Of a stretch of 64,000 nt of DNA, positions 50,301-62,300 are shown in pieces. The DNA is taken from contig CAYGRZ010000004.1 of NCBI GenBank assembly GCA_964352425.1, positions 2,647-66,646 of the forward strand, written 5' to 3'. Source of the DNA: an uncultured Planctomycetia bacterium. Its GTDB lineage: Bacteria > Omnitrophota > Gorgyraeia > 2-01-FULL-45-10. The notes under the pieces are model-generated. The model searched no databases and was not told the origin of the DNA. It saw only the letters and a program-made list of their open reading frames with translations. The position numbers and the translations under genes are program-made. Position 1 is the first letter of the stretch; every line of letters begins with the position of its first letter.

Positions 50301-53300
50301 TCTTCTCTCTGGGTGGACACCGGGCTAAAGATATTTTTTATCCGCTGCCGCATCCTCGGGAAGAACCATTCTTTAGCGAACGGAGAGGCCGCTTTTTCCG
50401 CGAGCCTTAATTTTTCTCCGAGGGCCTTCTCCCGATCGGCTACCGCATCCCGCAGCCGCTCTCTGAGCTTGAGTTCTTCTTTCCTGGCATTAGCCGCCTT
50501 CTTCCTAACCTCATCGAACTTTTTTAACAGGCTGTCGGCCTTTATAAACGAGCTCTCGAGCGGTTCCTCCTTCGCGAACTCCTCTATGTCTGCATCGTTG
50601 TCCCGCAAGTCGGCCGCGAGCTCCTCAAGCTCCCGGATCAGATTGAATTCCGCCATCCCCCGCATCTTCGGGTCACTGCGATATGCGTCCGTCAATTCCT
50701 TGATGTCCGATAATATCTGGCGTAACTTTGCGGGCTTTTCTTTGGTGAATCTCTCCTGCTGGTACACGTCGTTCGCTTTCGCCACTTTTTCTATGCTGCC
50801 GCGCAGGGCCTCCCATGCGATGAATTTCGGATCTTTTACGGACTTCCGCAATTTCTGTATCTTGCCGTCCAGGACACCCGCCTTCTCCAAAGCGATGAAT
50901 AGATCATTAAAAGTTTTTTTGTCATCCATGCCCTCGACCTGCTTGAGGCGCTTCTTTATGCTGTCTACGGCCGCTATATATCCGTTTTGTTCAAAATATA
51001 TCAATGTATACACGTTGGTGATATCGCGGATCGCCTTTCCAACGGTGCCGGTATAATTCCCGGTGACCGCCAGCATCTGCTTGACGTTATCCTGCCATAT
51101 GCTGAGATCTGCGGGGTCCGCCATCCTCCCTGTCAGAATCTTATATTTTTCGTCATCCGGCAGGTCTTTCTCGGCGGGGCTTACATATATGAAATTCAGC
51201 AGCACCTGAGCCCAGTTTGCCACTTCTTCGCCGTTGAGCGGCCTCCAATGATGTTTCGCAAGCGCGTCAACGATAAATTCGGCGGAGAGCCTCTTCTCAA
51301 TCGTAGCGGCGTCCGTTACGCCTTCGTCGTAGAAGTTGTCTACCCGTGAATTTATTACGCCCTGGCGGTGGACCAGATAGAAATCCTTCCTGAACGCCTC
51401 CATGTAGCTGCTCACCGTCCGGGGATCAAGGGCCACGCCATATCTATCCGCCTTCTTCTCCAGCTCCTTGATCTTCTTGTCGACCTCATGGTCCCTCACC
51501 ATCTCAAAATCGGTTCCCTTCCTGGAGATGGCAACGACCCTTTTATCGGCGAGGTCCGACACAAGCTCCCGCAGGTTCAGTTTAACCGCTATATCTTTCA
51601 GGGGGACGGGCTTTCGAATGCCGGACAGTCTCCTGTAATTATCATCGACTATGAACGGATCGGCTACGGACGAAAGATATCCGTCCCTGTAGATATCGGC
51701 AAATTCTTCCTCCGCGCGGTCCCGTATCAGCTTCTTCTCCTCTTCGGGGAGTGCCGCGCCGAATGCCGCTTCTTTCTGCTTGATCTTTATTGCGACGAAC
51801 AGTTCCTTCTCGGCCTGATTTGCCGCTATCGGTTTGTCCAGTATTAACCTGTTCACCTCGTTGCGGTACGCGATGATATCGTCCATCAACGTCGTATCGC
51901 TTTCTTCTATGACCTCTTTCCCCAGCAGCTCTACAAAATCCCGTGCCATGGCCATATGCTTCCCGAACATCACGGCATCGCTGTACCCGGCGAGGTTCTT
52001 GAAATTCTTTGCCGCGGGGTAGGCCTTTGTAAAAAGGAGCCTTATATTATCTTTCTGCTCATCGGCCGGAGCGAGCCCGTCGCTATTTAAGAACCGGCCG
52101 ACCCACGTGTTCTTATTGATAAGCACATCTATGGTTATGGCGAGCCTGAGACCTTCTCTCTCCTCCTCGCTCCCTGTTATGAGGTGTATATAGGGCTCTA
52201 TTGTTTTGGATACGTTTGCCAGTATGGTTAAAACACGTTCCACCTGAGATGCCGAGAGGTCTCTGTCGCTGGCGAACTGCGTCCACCACATCGTCTTGCC
52301 CATCAGGATGGTGTCGGTCACCTTGGCCAATTCCTGCCTGTACGCAGGGGTCTCGCGCTTGCCCATGAGCTTCAATACCATGAGGCGCGCGCCCTCCGGC
52401 ATCTTAAGCACCGCCTCTTCGTTCAGGTTATAAAAGCCTTTGATGAACGGCGCGATCGCGTTCATGAGTTCCACGTTTTTCGCCAACTGGGCGCCGGTCC
52501 AGTCATTCCGTATGGGCAGAGCCGCAACGGCTCCCAATACTCCGGAGTCGAGGGCATCCCCCTGTTCATATACGGCTCTTCCGTGGATCAGCTGGGCTAT
52601 GTCGCGCGACCGGTTGGCGGCGTCTATCCTTTCATCGGTCGATAATTTTGCCCATTCAGCACGGTCGAGGCGCCTGGTCACGGCGTCCTCCCACGCCAGA
52701 TACTGCCGGCTCGGCTCCAGTTTATTTGCCAGGTCAGCATCGAACCGGTTATACAGGCCGATGTTCTCAAGATCCTCCCTGGCCTCTTTTGCCATGATCC
52801 TGTCCCTGGCCTGCGCTCTGGTCATGCCAGGGTTCTCGGCCATAAGGAAAGCGACCCTGCGCGCGTAATAGGCCGGCAGCCCTATCTTCGCGTAGCTCAG
52901 GTCGTCTTCCCAGCTTAACGGCTTCAGGTGGTCTTCGAAGAAGCTGGGCAGTTTGGGGATCTTTGCCATCTCACCCTTCAGAACATCCGAAAAATACGCC
53001 AGATCTTCAACGAACTCCCCGAAATCTTTGTCGGCGGGATTCAACTTATGCGCGATACCATACCTGTACAGCATATTGGCGACGCTGACCGCCTGCTTTT
53101 CCTTTATGCCCAGGGCGCCCATTATCTTCGAAACCTCGTCGCTGTTAACGGCCTTCCGGGCCTCCGCGGAAACGGCATTTTCGATCTTTTTCCTGTACAG
53201 GTTGTTTTCGCCCTTTTCGAGAGCCTTGGCCAGGTTCATATCGGGTGCTATGCGCGATTTTATCCTGGCGGCATCTCCATCTAATTCCTTCATCCTGCCC

Positions 53301-56300
53301 TTGAGGATATCCACCTTCTGCCGTGCAATGGCAAGCTCGGCGGAGACGGCCGCAAGTCTTTCGGCGTCCGCGGCCGGCGCCGGCTTTTCGGCGACCTCTG
53401 CCGGCATCCCGGCAGCCGGCAGCGCTTCGGCCTCTTTCTTTTTCTCAAACGCCTCGCTGTCTTCCTTGGTGATGAGGTTATTGAACAGCATCTCTATCCG
53501 CATATCGATCGCGCTGATCTTCGCGATGGTATCCGCAAGGGTCATCTCGTCACGCCGCAGCCACTCTTCCTGCTCTTTAAGCTGCGTTATCCCGATCTTC
53601 CCCTCAAGATACGCCTTCCTCATGTGCGCAACGATCTTCGGCCTGTCATGATACGCTTTTTGCGCCGCCTCGAGCTCCTTCAGCGCGCCGGTCCGCTCTT
53701 TCATAAGATCGTCTAGTTGCTTCCTGAGGTCCTTTAAGGCCTGCGCTATGTCGCGCTTGAGCTGGTTGGCGGTCTCTTTAGCCTTTGCTCCTCCGCCGAA
53801 CCAGCTGAACAGCCGGAACTTGTTGAGCTTAATATTCAGATTGATGCTCCACGCCAGGTCAACCTTGTTGACGAACTTTTTGGCCGCCTGATCGTACGAT
53901 TTGTCAAATCTCGAGGCGCTCAGAGAGAGCCATATGTTCTCCCATCTTCCCATCGCCGCCTCTATCAGGGCCGCCTTCTGCCGGTTTTCCAGCTCCCTGA
54001 TATGCGGGTTATTTTTAACGATATCCGCCCATATCGCATCAAGGTCCACGGGCAGCTTCATTTCCGGTTCTTTAGTAAGGGCCGCGAGCAGTTGGTTAAC
54101 ATCTGCGGGCTTCCCTTCCTTTTCGTCCTTGCCGGCTGCGGTTATCGACGTTATGTCTCCGACCTCCTTCAGGTCGTACAGTATGCTAAGCTGCAACAAA
54201 CGGATCCTGCTCTCGGCCGCGCGCTTTATCTCTTTGGTTTTATCGATGAGCGCCTTATATTCGTCAAGGCGGGTATCGTTCAGGACGGGGTTGTGGGCAT
54301 TATACTCCTCGATCTTGCGGAGCTGGGACTCCTGCTCATTCAGCATGACCAGCAGCGATGCGACCTTCCCGCGCTCGCCGGCCAGCTGCGCGTATAATTG
54401 CTCTATCTCCATCCTCTTGTTGAATTCGACGCCTTTTCTGCTCCATACGTCCGCTTCTTTATCAAGATTTGCCTTTCTCAGGCCCCTGAAGAAGATATCA
54501 GGCTCGCTGACCGCCTTGAAGCCGTATCGCTCGGCATCCTCTGCCCGGTAATTTATCTTCCAGAGCGTCGCAGCCTCCTTTTTTTCTATCTCCTTATTCA
54601 CGTTATCTGCTCCGCCGTACTTCTCGTAGGCGGGACCAACATCTATATTGAACGTCCTCCACCACGCGCTTTGCACGTCGATATTCGCTTTATCGACCGC
54701 CGCCTGCGCAGCCGCAACCTCTTCGGATCTCTGTATCGCATCTTCCTTGACCGCCTTCCCGTCAAGCGCCGTAATCGCGTCCTTTTTGGCAAGGGCCGCT
54801 TCTACATACTTCCTGAATTTGATTATCTCTTTGGATTCGCCGTCTCTCGGCGCCGTCTGTTGTTCAAGAGCCTTGATCCTGTCGCCCGACCGCTCAAGGG
54901 CCGCCGTCACCTCCTGAAGGACGAGTTCCGCCTCTACGACCCTCTTCGAGGCATCGGCGAGTTCCGCCCGTTTCCCCGTTATGGCGGCCGGCGTCGAAAC
55001 CGTCGAGGCCTCCAGGTCGGCCAGCCCTTTTGCTATTTTGTTTTTGTGCTCTTTCGCGGCATCAAGGCCGGCCGTAGCGCTTATTACCTCGTCCCGGTCG
55101 GCCCTGTATCCATTGATCCAGCCGATAACCACCCGTTCGGCCCCGCCGATTGCCATTTGCTGGTCCTTCTTCGTCCTGGCGACATCCGGCTTGAACTTGC
55201 CTACTGTCACATTATGGAAGAACGGTATGAGGCTCGTGAACGCGCCAAAGCTCCACGTATCCTCAAGGATGTTATATTCGCCCGTCAGTGATATGTCATA
55301 CGGCTCGCCGGTCCTCGCTGCCGCCACCGCATATTCCCATGCCTCCAGGTAGCGCAGAAGCGCCATTATCGCGGCCGCGTCCGCCTCGGCCTTGTCATAC
55401 TTGCCGGCGGCCTTCAGGTCGCTGATCTCTTTGGCGATGCTTTGCAGGCTTTCGATCTCTACGGCAAGGTCCGCCCCCTCGGCCTGGAGCCTCAAGAGCT
55501 CATCCTCAGAGCTCTTTATCTGCCTGTTAACCACGTTTACTTCATCGGGGGCCACGCCTGCATACACCCCTTCTTTTTGCTGGTACTCCAGCGAGCTCTC
55601 GAGCTGTTTTTTTAATTCCTGCTCGAGCTCTATCCTGTCTCTTAACGCGGCTATCCTTTTTGTGTTCGCTTCAAGCGCCGCCCCGGCAGCCTCCTCCCTG
55701 TGCATAAGCTCATTCTTCGCGGCGACCAGCTCCCGTTCTTTCATCAGCAGGAAGGCAACCCTCTGCATGACCATGGGCTTCTTTTTGCTCGGCAATCCCT
55801 CTATCCGTATATCGAGGCCCGCGCCTATAGGCTTCGATTCCCAATCGTACACGAAATTGAGGACTTTACGGTCTTTCGGCGGAATAGCGCGCGTTTCCGG
55901 CGTAAGACGCCCTTCCGCTTCGGCCATGAACTGCTCCCGCGCATCTTTAACAGACTGCGGCAGGGGCCCTTCCTTCTGACTGGTCAAGGTTACGCTGTAT
56001 CGCATCGCGTCTTTTGCCTTAGTGCCGTAAGGAGCTGCTGAAACCGACATGCCCGGCACCATTACCGTCTTCCAGATCTTGTATTTATTATTGATCTCGT
56101 CGATGTGCGCCTGCTGTATCGCACCTGCCACCGTGATCCGCTCCAGCGCCCTTCTGTTCTGCTCGGCCCTGGCCCTGGCATCCTGGCCCTCCTTCAGCCT
56201 CTCCATATCCTGCTCGAGGGTATCGGCCGCCTGTTTCAGCCTGTCAGCATATTCTCTGGTGTTCTGGAATAAAAGCCACGTCTTCTCGGCGCCTATCTTT

Positions 56301-59300
56301 TCGCTTAAAGCGCGCAGATATGCGACCACTTCCCTGCTCATCGTGTCTATGCGTTTATCGACGATCGCGTCTATGGTTTCATCATTCAGCGCGCCTGCCG
56401 GTATAGCCGCCCTGTCAAAACCCATCTCCTCCAGCGCGCTCAGGATGTTTTCGATTGTCGCTGCGATGCGCGCGGCATCTCCCCTGCTCGAGACGGCTAT
56501 CATTTCTGCCTTCACATAATCGACCTGAGAGATGATTCCTTTGTCCGCTCTCTCCTTAGCTATCTTGGCGGAGGCGGCGGCATCGGCCTCGATCCCCTGT
56601 AAAACTTCAAGCCTGGCACGGCTTAGCGACAGCAATTTCATGAGGCGCACGCTATTCACATATCTCGCCCCCAGCTCCTCCATCAGGTCCGTCCTGGAAA
56701 GAGCCGTGTTCAGCTTCTGTATCTCTGCCGTTGAGGTGGTCGGGAATTTTATAGTAAGGCCCACCCCGAGCGGCGTCGTTGTCGTAACGGAGTATGCCTT
56801 TTCCGTGGCTGTCGCGTCAACGTCTCTGGTTGTCGTGCTGAATTTTGCGTGTAATGCCAGCCTGAAATTGCTGTTCTTATCGGCAAATATCTCATTCAAT
56901 ATGCTGCTCTGTATCCCGAATGCCTTAAGCAGCGCCCTGGCATCCCCGCCGCTTTCTTTTCCCCTTGACCGCACGGCCTTTTCTTTCAGGGCAAGAAGTT
57001 CGCTTTGCAGGGCCTGGTTCACAGCCGTCATATCGTCCGTGTCTATCGCTACGGCGTCCGCGCCGTCGTAATCACCCAGGTCCCGTATCATGGCGAGAGA
57101 CCGCTCCCGCGCTTGCCTGGCGACCTCGTAGAGCCGCTTGGCGTCTTCTTTTCTGGCCGTCAGGTCCTGTATGGGCCACGCTTTGGAAGGCCGGGCTCTC
57201 GCCTGTTTATATGCCTCCCCGAGCGCCCGGAGATTCTTCTCGTAGGCATCTTTTGCCAGCGCTTCGGCGGTCCCGGCCGCCTTGTAAATATCCATCGCCT
57301 TCCTGATGTTTAACAGGAGATCGTAACAGTAGAGATACTCTTCGAGCTCTCCGCCTTCCATGTTCTGTCTGGCGATGACCCGGCTTATATCTCTCGTGGC
57401 ATCCCATACGACCCAATCGAGCTGGGCTCCGTACGATACGAAATTCCCCGTCGCTGACGAACCTATGCCGGCGCTCAGCGTAAGCTCCGGAGCATACTGC
57501 GCCCACTTGCTCTGCTTCTTCGCCAGTATCCGCTGTATCCTTGTATTCGACCTCGTGGCCTCCGCCCGTGCCGATTCCATACCATGCCTGTACACATCTC
57601 CGAGCGTGACTTTTTTCTGAGCCTCGACAGCGCCCGTCGTAAGAAGCCCGAGCTCGCTGTTCACGGATTCTATTTCGGAATCTACGGACCTTTGCAGCTC
57701 TTTCTGCTCTCCTTCAAGGCGCAGGCTCTCGGCTTCCTTCCTCTTCAGTTCCTCTGCGGCTCTGGTACGCTTCGCGTTAAGCTCATTTTCAGAGGCCTTG
57801 ATCATGAACGCAAACTCTTTTTCGGCGGCCTCTTTGGCTGCGGCGCGCGCGGCGGCGAGATCGGGTTTCTGTCTGACTATGCCCCGTATGCCGGCCTTGA
57901 CGCGGTCGAGCATCGAGGGCGCCGGCGCGGGGATGGTTGTAGCCGGCAGTTGCACCGAAGGCTTCGGCATTGAAAGCGCGGGTGCCGTCGGTACCGGCGC
58001 TGTCGGTACCGGCGCCGGCGCTGCCTTCTCAGGCAGTATATTCTCGGGCTTTACCCCGGCAAAATCGAACTTCTGAGCGCCATAGATCTCGGCCAGGAGG
58101 CTGTATTTACCGACCGATTTTAAATACTTTTCGACATATTCCGAGTTCTTCGATCCTGCGAGCCCCAATACGAGCATTCCCTGGTCAAACGCGAGTATGG
58201 TCCTGCCCTTTGTCCCTTCTTTCGTTATGACATCGACCCATCCTTGCGGCGTCATTACACTGGGATACGCCGCCTTCAGGCTGTTGATAAGGCTGGATCC
58301 GACCCGCGGGATCACAAGGCCTGTAAGCGCGGAAGCATGAGGCGATCCTGCGCTGGTAAAGACATCCTTAGTATTATTGAATACTGCTACCGTCTCGGCT
58401 ATCGCGGGAACGCCGAATACCGGATATGTGCCGCGCTTGAGCCCGCTTGCCGTAGACAGGAGGGCCGGCAATCCCCTGACGTTAAGCGCATAATCGATGT
58501 GAATTGCAATAGTGTTGAGGTTGGCCTTCGCATAGCCTTCGGGCGATAAGGCGCTTTCGTTGATCCAGGCGTTCGGCAGCAAGGCCTGGAAGACCGTCCC
58601 GTCCCACGTATAGACGGCGTATATCTCCTCGCCCTCCCGCGTAATGTATGGAGTCTTGGTTACCGGTAATTCCATGTTAGTGAACGCCTTGACCGGTACC
58701 TGGCCGTCGCTGAACAGGATCGCCCACAGGGGTGCTATCCTGCTCTCATTGTACCTTCTGTCCAGGTGATATTCGGTTTTCAGTTTATAGCCGGCCCGCA
58801 GCAATCCGCTGCCTATTGTGGTCTTTTTGTTTCCATCATACAATGCCGCCCAACCCTTCTTCTGCGCATCTATGATCTTTTGTGCGGCCGCGGCTATATC
58901 TTTATTCTTCCCGTCATCCTGGAATCTTCCTATCAAAGCGGCCAGGGACCAGCAGAGGTTCCCGTTATCTACCGCGGACACGCCGCGCGCCTCATCCTTG
59001 ACCGCTGTGCCGTGTTTAAACTGGTACCACCAGAACAAGCCGCTGATATTTTGGCTCTTATCCGCCTGCAGTTCCTGCAGGGACCCTAAGGCTTTTCTTA
59101 TTCTGGTGAGGGCCTCGGCAGGCGTAACGCCTTCCATCTCGGCGTCGCCCGAGGCGACCAGCATCATGCAGTTCAGGTATACACCCGCATCCGTCGGGTT
59201 AAAATATTTCCCGGTACTGTCAATGGACTTCCTGCTGCTGTCCAGCAGGATGTGGTTGTACGGCAGGCCCGTAGAACTGTCTATGTTGTCCTTAAAATAC

Positions 59301-62300
59301 CTCAGGTTCTCTTTTATTGCTGCTTTTCTGCCGTTCTCTTCTATCTGTGCCGTATCAAGCGTCTTCACTTCGCTGGGAAGCTGCTCGCGCGAAGGGATCG
59401 CTGCCGCAGGCGGGGCGACTCCGGTGTGCGGCGCGGCCTCCGGCTTAGTGATCGCAACCTGCGGCGCTTGCGGCACAACGAGTTCGCTCTTCTCGAGAGC
59501 GTCAAATATGATACGTACATTTTTCCTCAGCCGCTTGAATCCGTCAAGCTCCTGAGGAGAATACTTCGATATCACTTTAAGCATGGCGGCCTGGGCTTCA
59601 TTCAGCTTTTCGCCGCGCGCCTGCGCAACCAGCGCTTCCGCTCTAAGCCTGTACTCTTCCTGCGGATACACGAGCGTCGGCGTAATGCCTGCGGATATTG
59701 CCACTGCCATGCCGAGCATCCGCGATAAGGATTGCGTAAACTCCCTTCCTGTGCGTTTTTCGATATTCATGTTATACGCGTAGATCACGCACGCCGCGAT
59801 GACCGTGACCGTAGCCGCGATCAGGTAGATGCCCAGGGCTGTGAGCGTAGCGCCCATGGCGCCGAAGAGGAAGTACGCCGAACCGCCGATCGTGAAGGCG
59901 TACATTATCACACTTCTCGAATTCGGTATAAAAGACATGAAGAACTGCCTCCAGAATCCCTGTCCCAGCTTCTCCGTCTCGCGGCCTATGCGCACGGCCA
60001 GCAGCGTCTGCATGGTGAGCATCGCTATGCCTATGATCGCTATCGGAAGCCCTATCATCCCTCCCATTATGGCGGTGGGAGTAACGACCGACAGGAGTCC
60101 GACAAGCCCGATACCTGCGGCCAGGCCCAGCACGCCTCCGGCCAGGACCGGCCATTTTGCCCTGTCGGCCTCGGCCTTCTGGGACATCGTGCTGGCACCC
60201 AGCATCACGGCCATGGACGCGCCTGCCGCGCCTTTAGCCGCGATCGAGGCGGCGATCTCGTCCGCCCCGAACTGAACCAGGAACATCACTACAACTGAAA
60301 CGGTAAGCGCCATTATAAAAGCATTGACGGCCCTGCCGAACCTGCCGGGGGCTATATCCTTTGCCTTTGACTCGAAATCTTTATTATAAATCATCGCGAG
60401 CATGATACTGGATATCAAAGCAAACAGGCTCGACCCGAATGCCAGGACGATGATGGGTATGCCGCCCAGGGCGATGCCGGGATGCGCGACCGCGATAGCG
60501 AGCGCGCCTATCGATGCCGGGATCCCCATCTGCGCCAGTACCTGCGCGACCATCATGCCGATCCATTTTATGGCGGCCACCGTGCCGCCCGTGAAGCCGC
60601 CCTTGCCTCTGCCCTGTACATATGCCATGAAGTGGTCGCTGGTCCTGTCGAGGGCCGATATCTTCAGTCCGGTCGCAAGGCGAAGCACCAGGGCCGGTAT
60701 CAGCATAGCACCTATGGAAAGGCCCGCGCCCATAAGATCGCTGTTCAACGTCGCAGTAAAAGGCGTAATAAGAGAATCTGTCAAAGGCCGTACGCCGTAA
60801 TAAGAGAATATGATGCCGACCCCCAGAATGAAAGTTATCATGGCTATCGACTTTATAAAGTTCGCCAGGAATGGGCTCAGGAAACCGGGCCTCGGAACAT
60901 CTTTGACATCCGCGACACTGCCCTTTAGAGCACCCGCCATATTATCGGCCGCGCCACGCCACAGACCATCTAAAATCGCCCTGAATTCTACCGCCACGGC
61001 ATCAAACTCCGTAAACTCTGTCGGCGGCTGGGCGAGCTGTATGCCGCGGGCGAGCTTCTGGGACAAATACCCCATCCGCTTTCTTATCTTCTGCTGACCT
61101 GTCTGGAATTTGGCGACCGCGCGTACCGCCTTCTCATTCGTGACCTGCCTGGCCGTTTCAAGCTCCACCGGATTCAGGCCGGCTTTTACCTTCTCGTATA
61201 CCGATTCCCCCTTCTCGTCTTTTCCTAACGATGCCTCAACAAGCCACTTGAATTTTTCCGGTGTGCTGGTGCCGTCTATGATATGCGCGATCCGTTTCTG
61301 TAAGTCGAAGATCTCTTTCTCTTTTTCGCGGCGCCTCTCGTCGTTCCTGTTCTCGGCGCTCACTATCATGTCCCACGCCGTGCCAACAAGCCCGCTTAAA
61401 TACGCTTTGTCCTCTGCAGAGCCTGTCGCCCTCGCTTTTCGGGCCGCATCCGCAAGCTCGTCGTATACCGACTTCAGCGTCTCTTTATTCTCCTTAAAGA
61501 CCGACTCGTCGAACGAGAAGAGGCACTCGTAGGTGCCTTCGTTTATTCCTCTGTCCGCACGCAATTTAGTCTGCGTCGCGAGGGCCCGGTATTTGTCGAG
61601 GTCAAGTGACAGGACAGCAAGCCCGGGGGCAAGCTTTCCTACTGGCGGCACCTCTACGGGGACCTGCTTACCGTCGGCAGCCGTTTCGGTCCGCTCGACA
61701 GGGTTGCCCTCAGGATCCAATACGGCTTTGCCGTCAGCGCCTTTTTCAAGATACCGTCCTTTTATACCTATATTTATAGCGCGGTGGAGTACGTTAGTGG
61801 CGATCGTGATCACATTGGCATACCCGCCCATGGCCACCGCCCTGCGCAGCTCTTCCGGATTTTCTCCGCTCGCCATGTTTATGATTATTCCGCGGGCCTC
61901 CAGCTCATTGTGCAGATTTTTCTCTATATAGTCCCTGAAGTCTTTGGCTTCCTCATCATCCCCCAGCTTTATGAGGATCGGCCGATTGTTCGCAAGCCTG
62001 TCACGAAGCTTTGCGAGAGACGCCGACCACTTCTCATCCCGCGTAGCGAAGCCCTCGTGGCCGAGATCCTTAAGCGTTATCTTCACGCCCTCGACGCGCC
62101 GCACCTCTCTTCCGAATATAGCCTTAAAGCGCGAGCCCTCCAGGGTACCGCTGGTGGCCGCAAAACCATCCGTCATCTCATTCTGGGTAAGGTACTGCAC
62201 TATGTTCTGGGCCGCCAGCGTCTCTGTCTCAGGCGAGATCTTCTCCGCTTTCAGCGCTATTTCGATAGCCTGCTGGAGCCCTTCGCCGAAATTCATCCCG

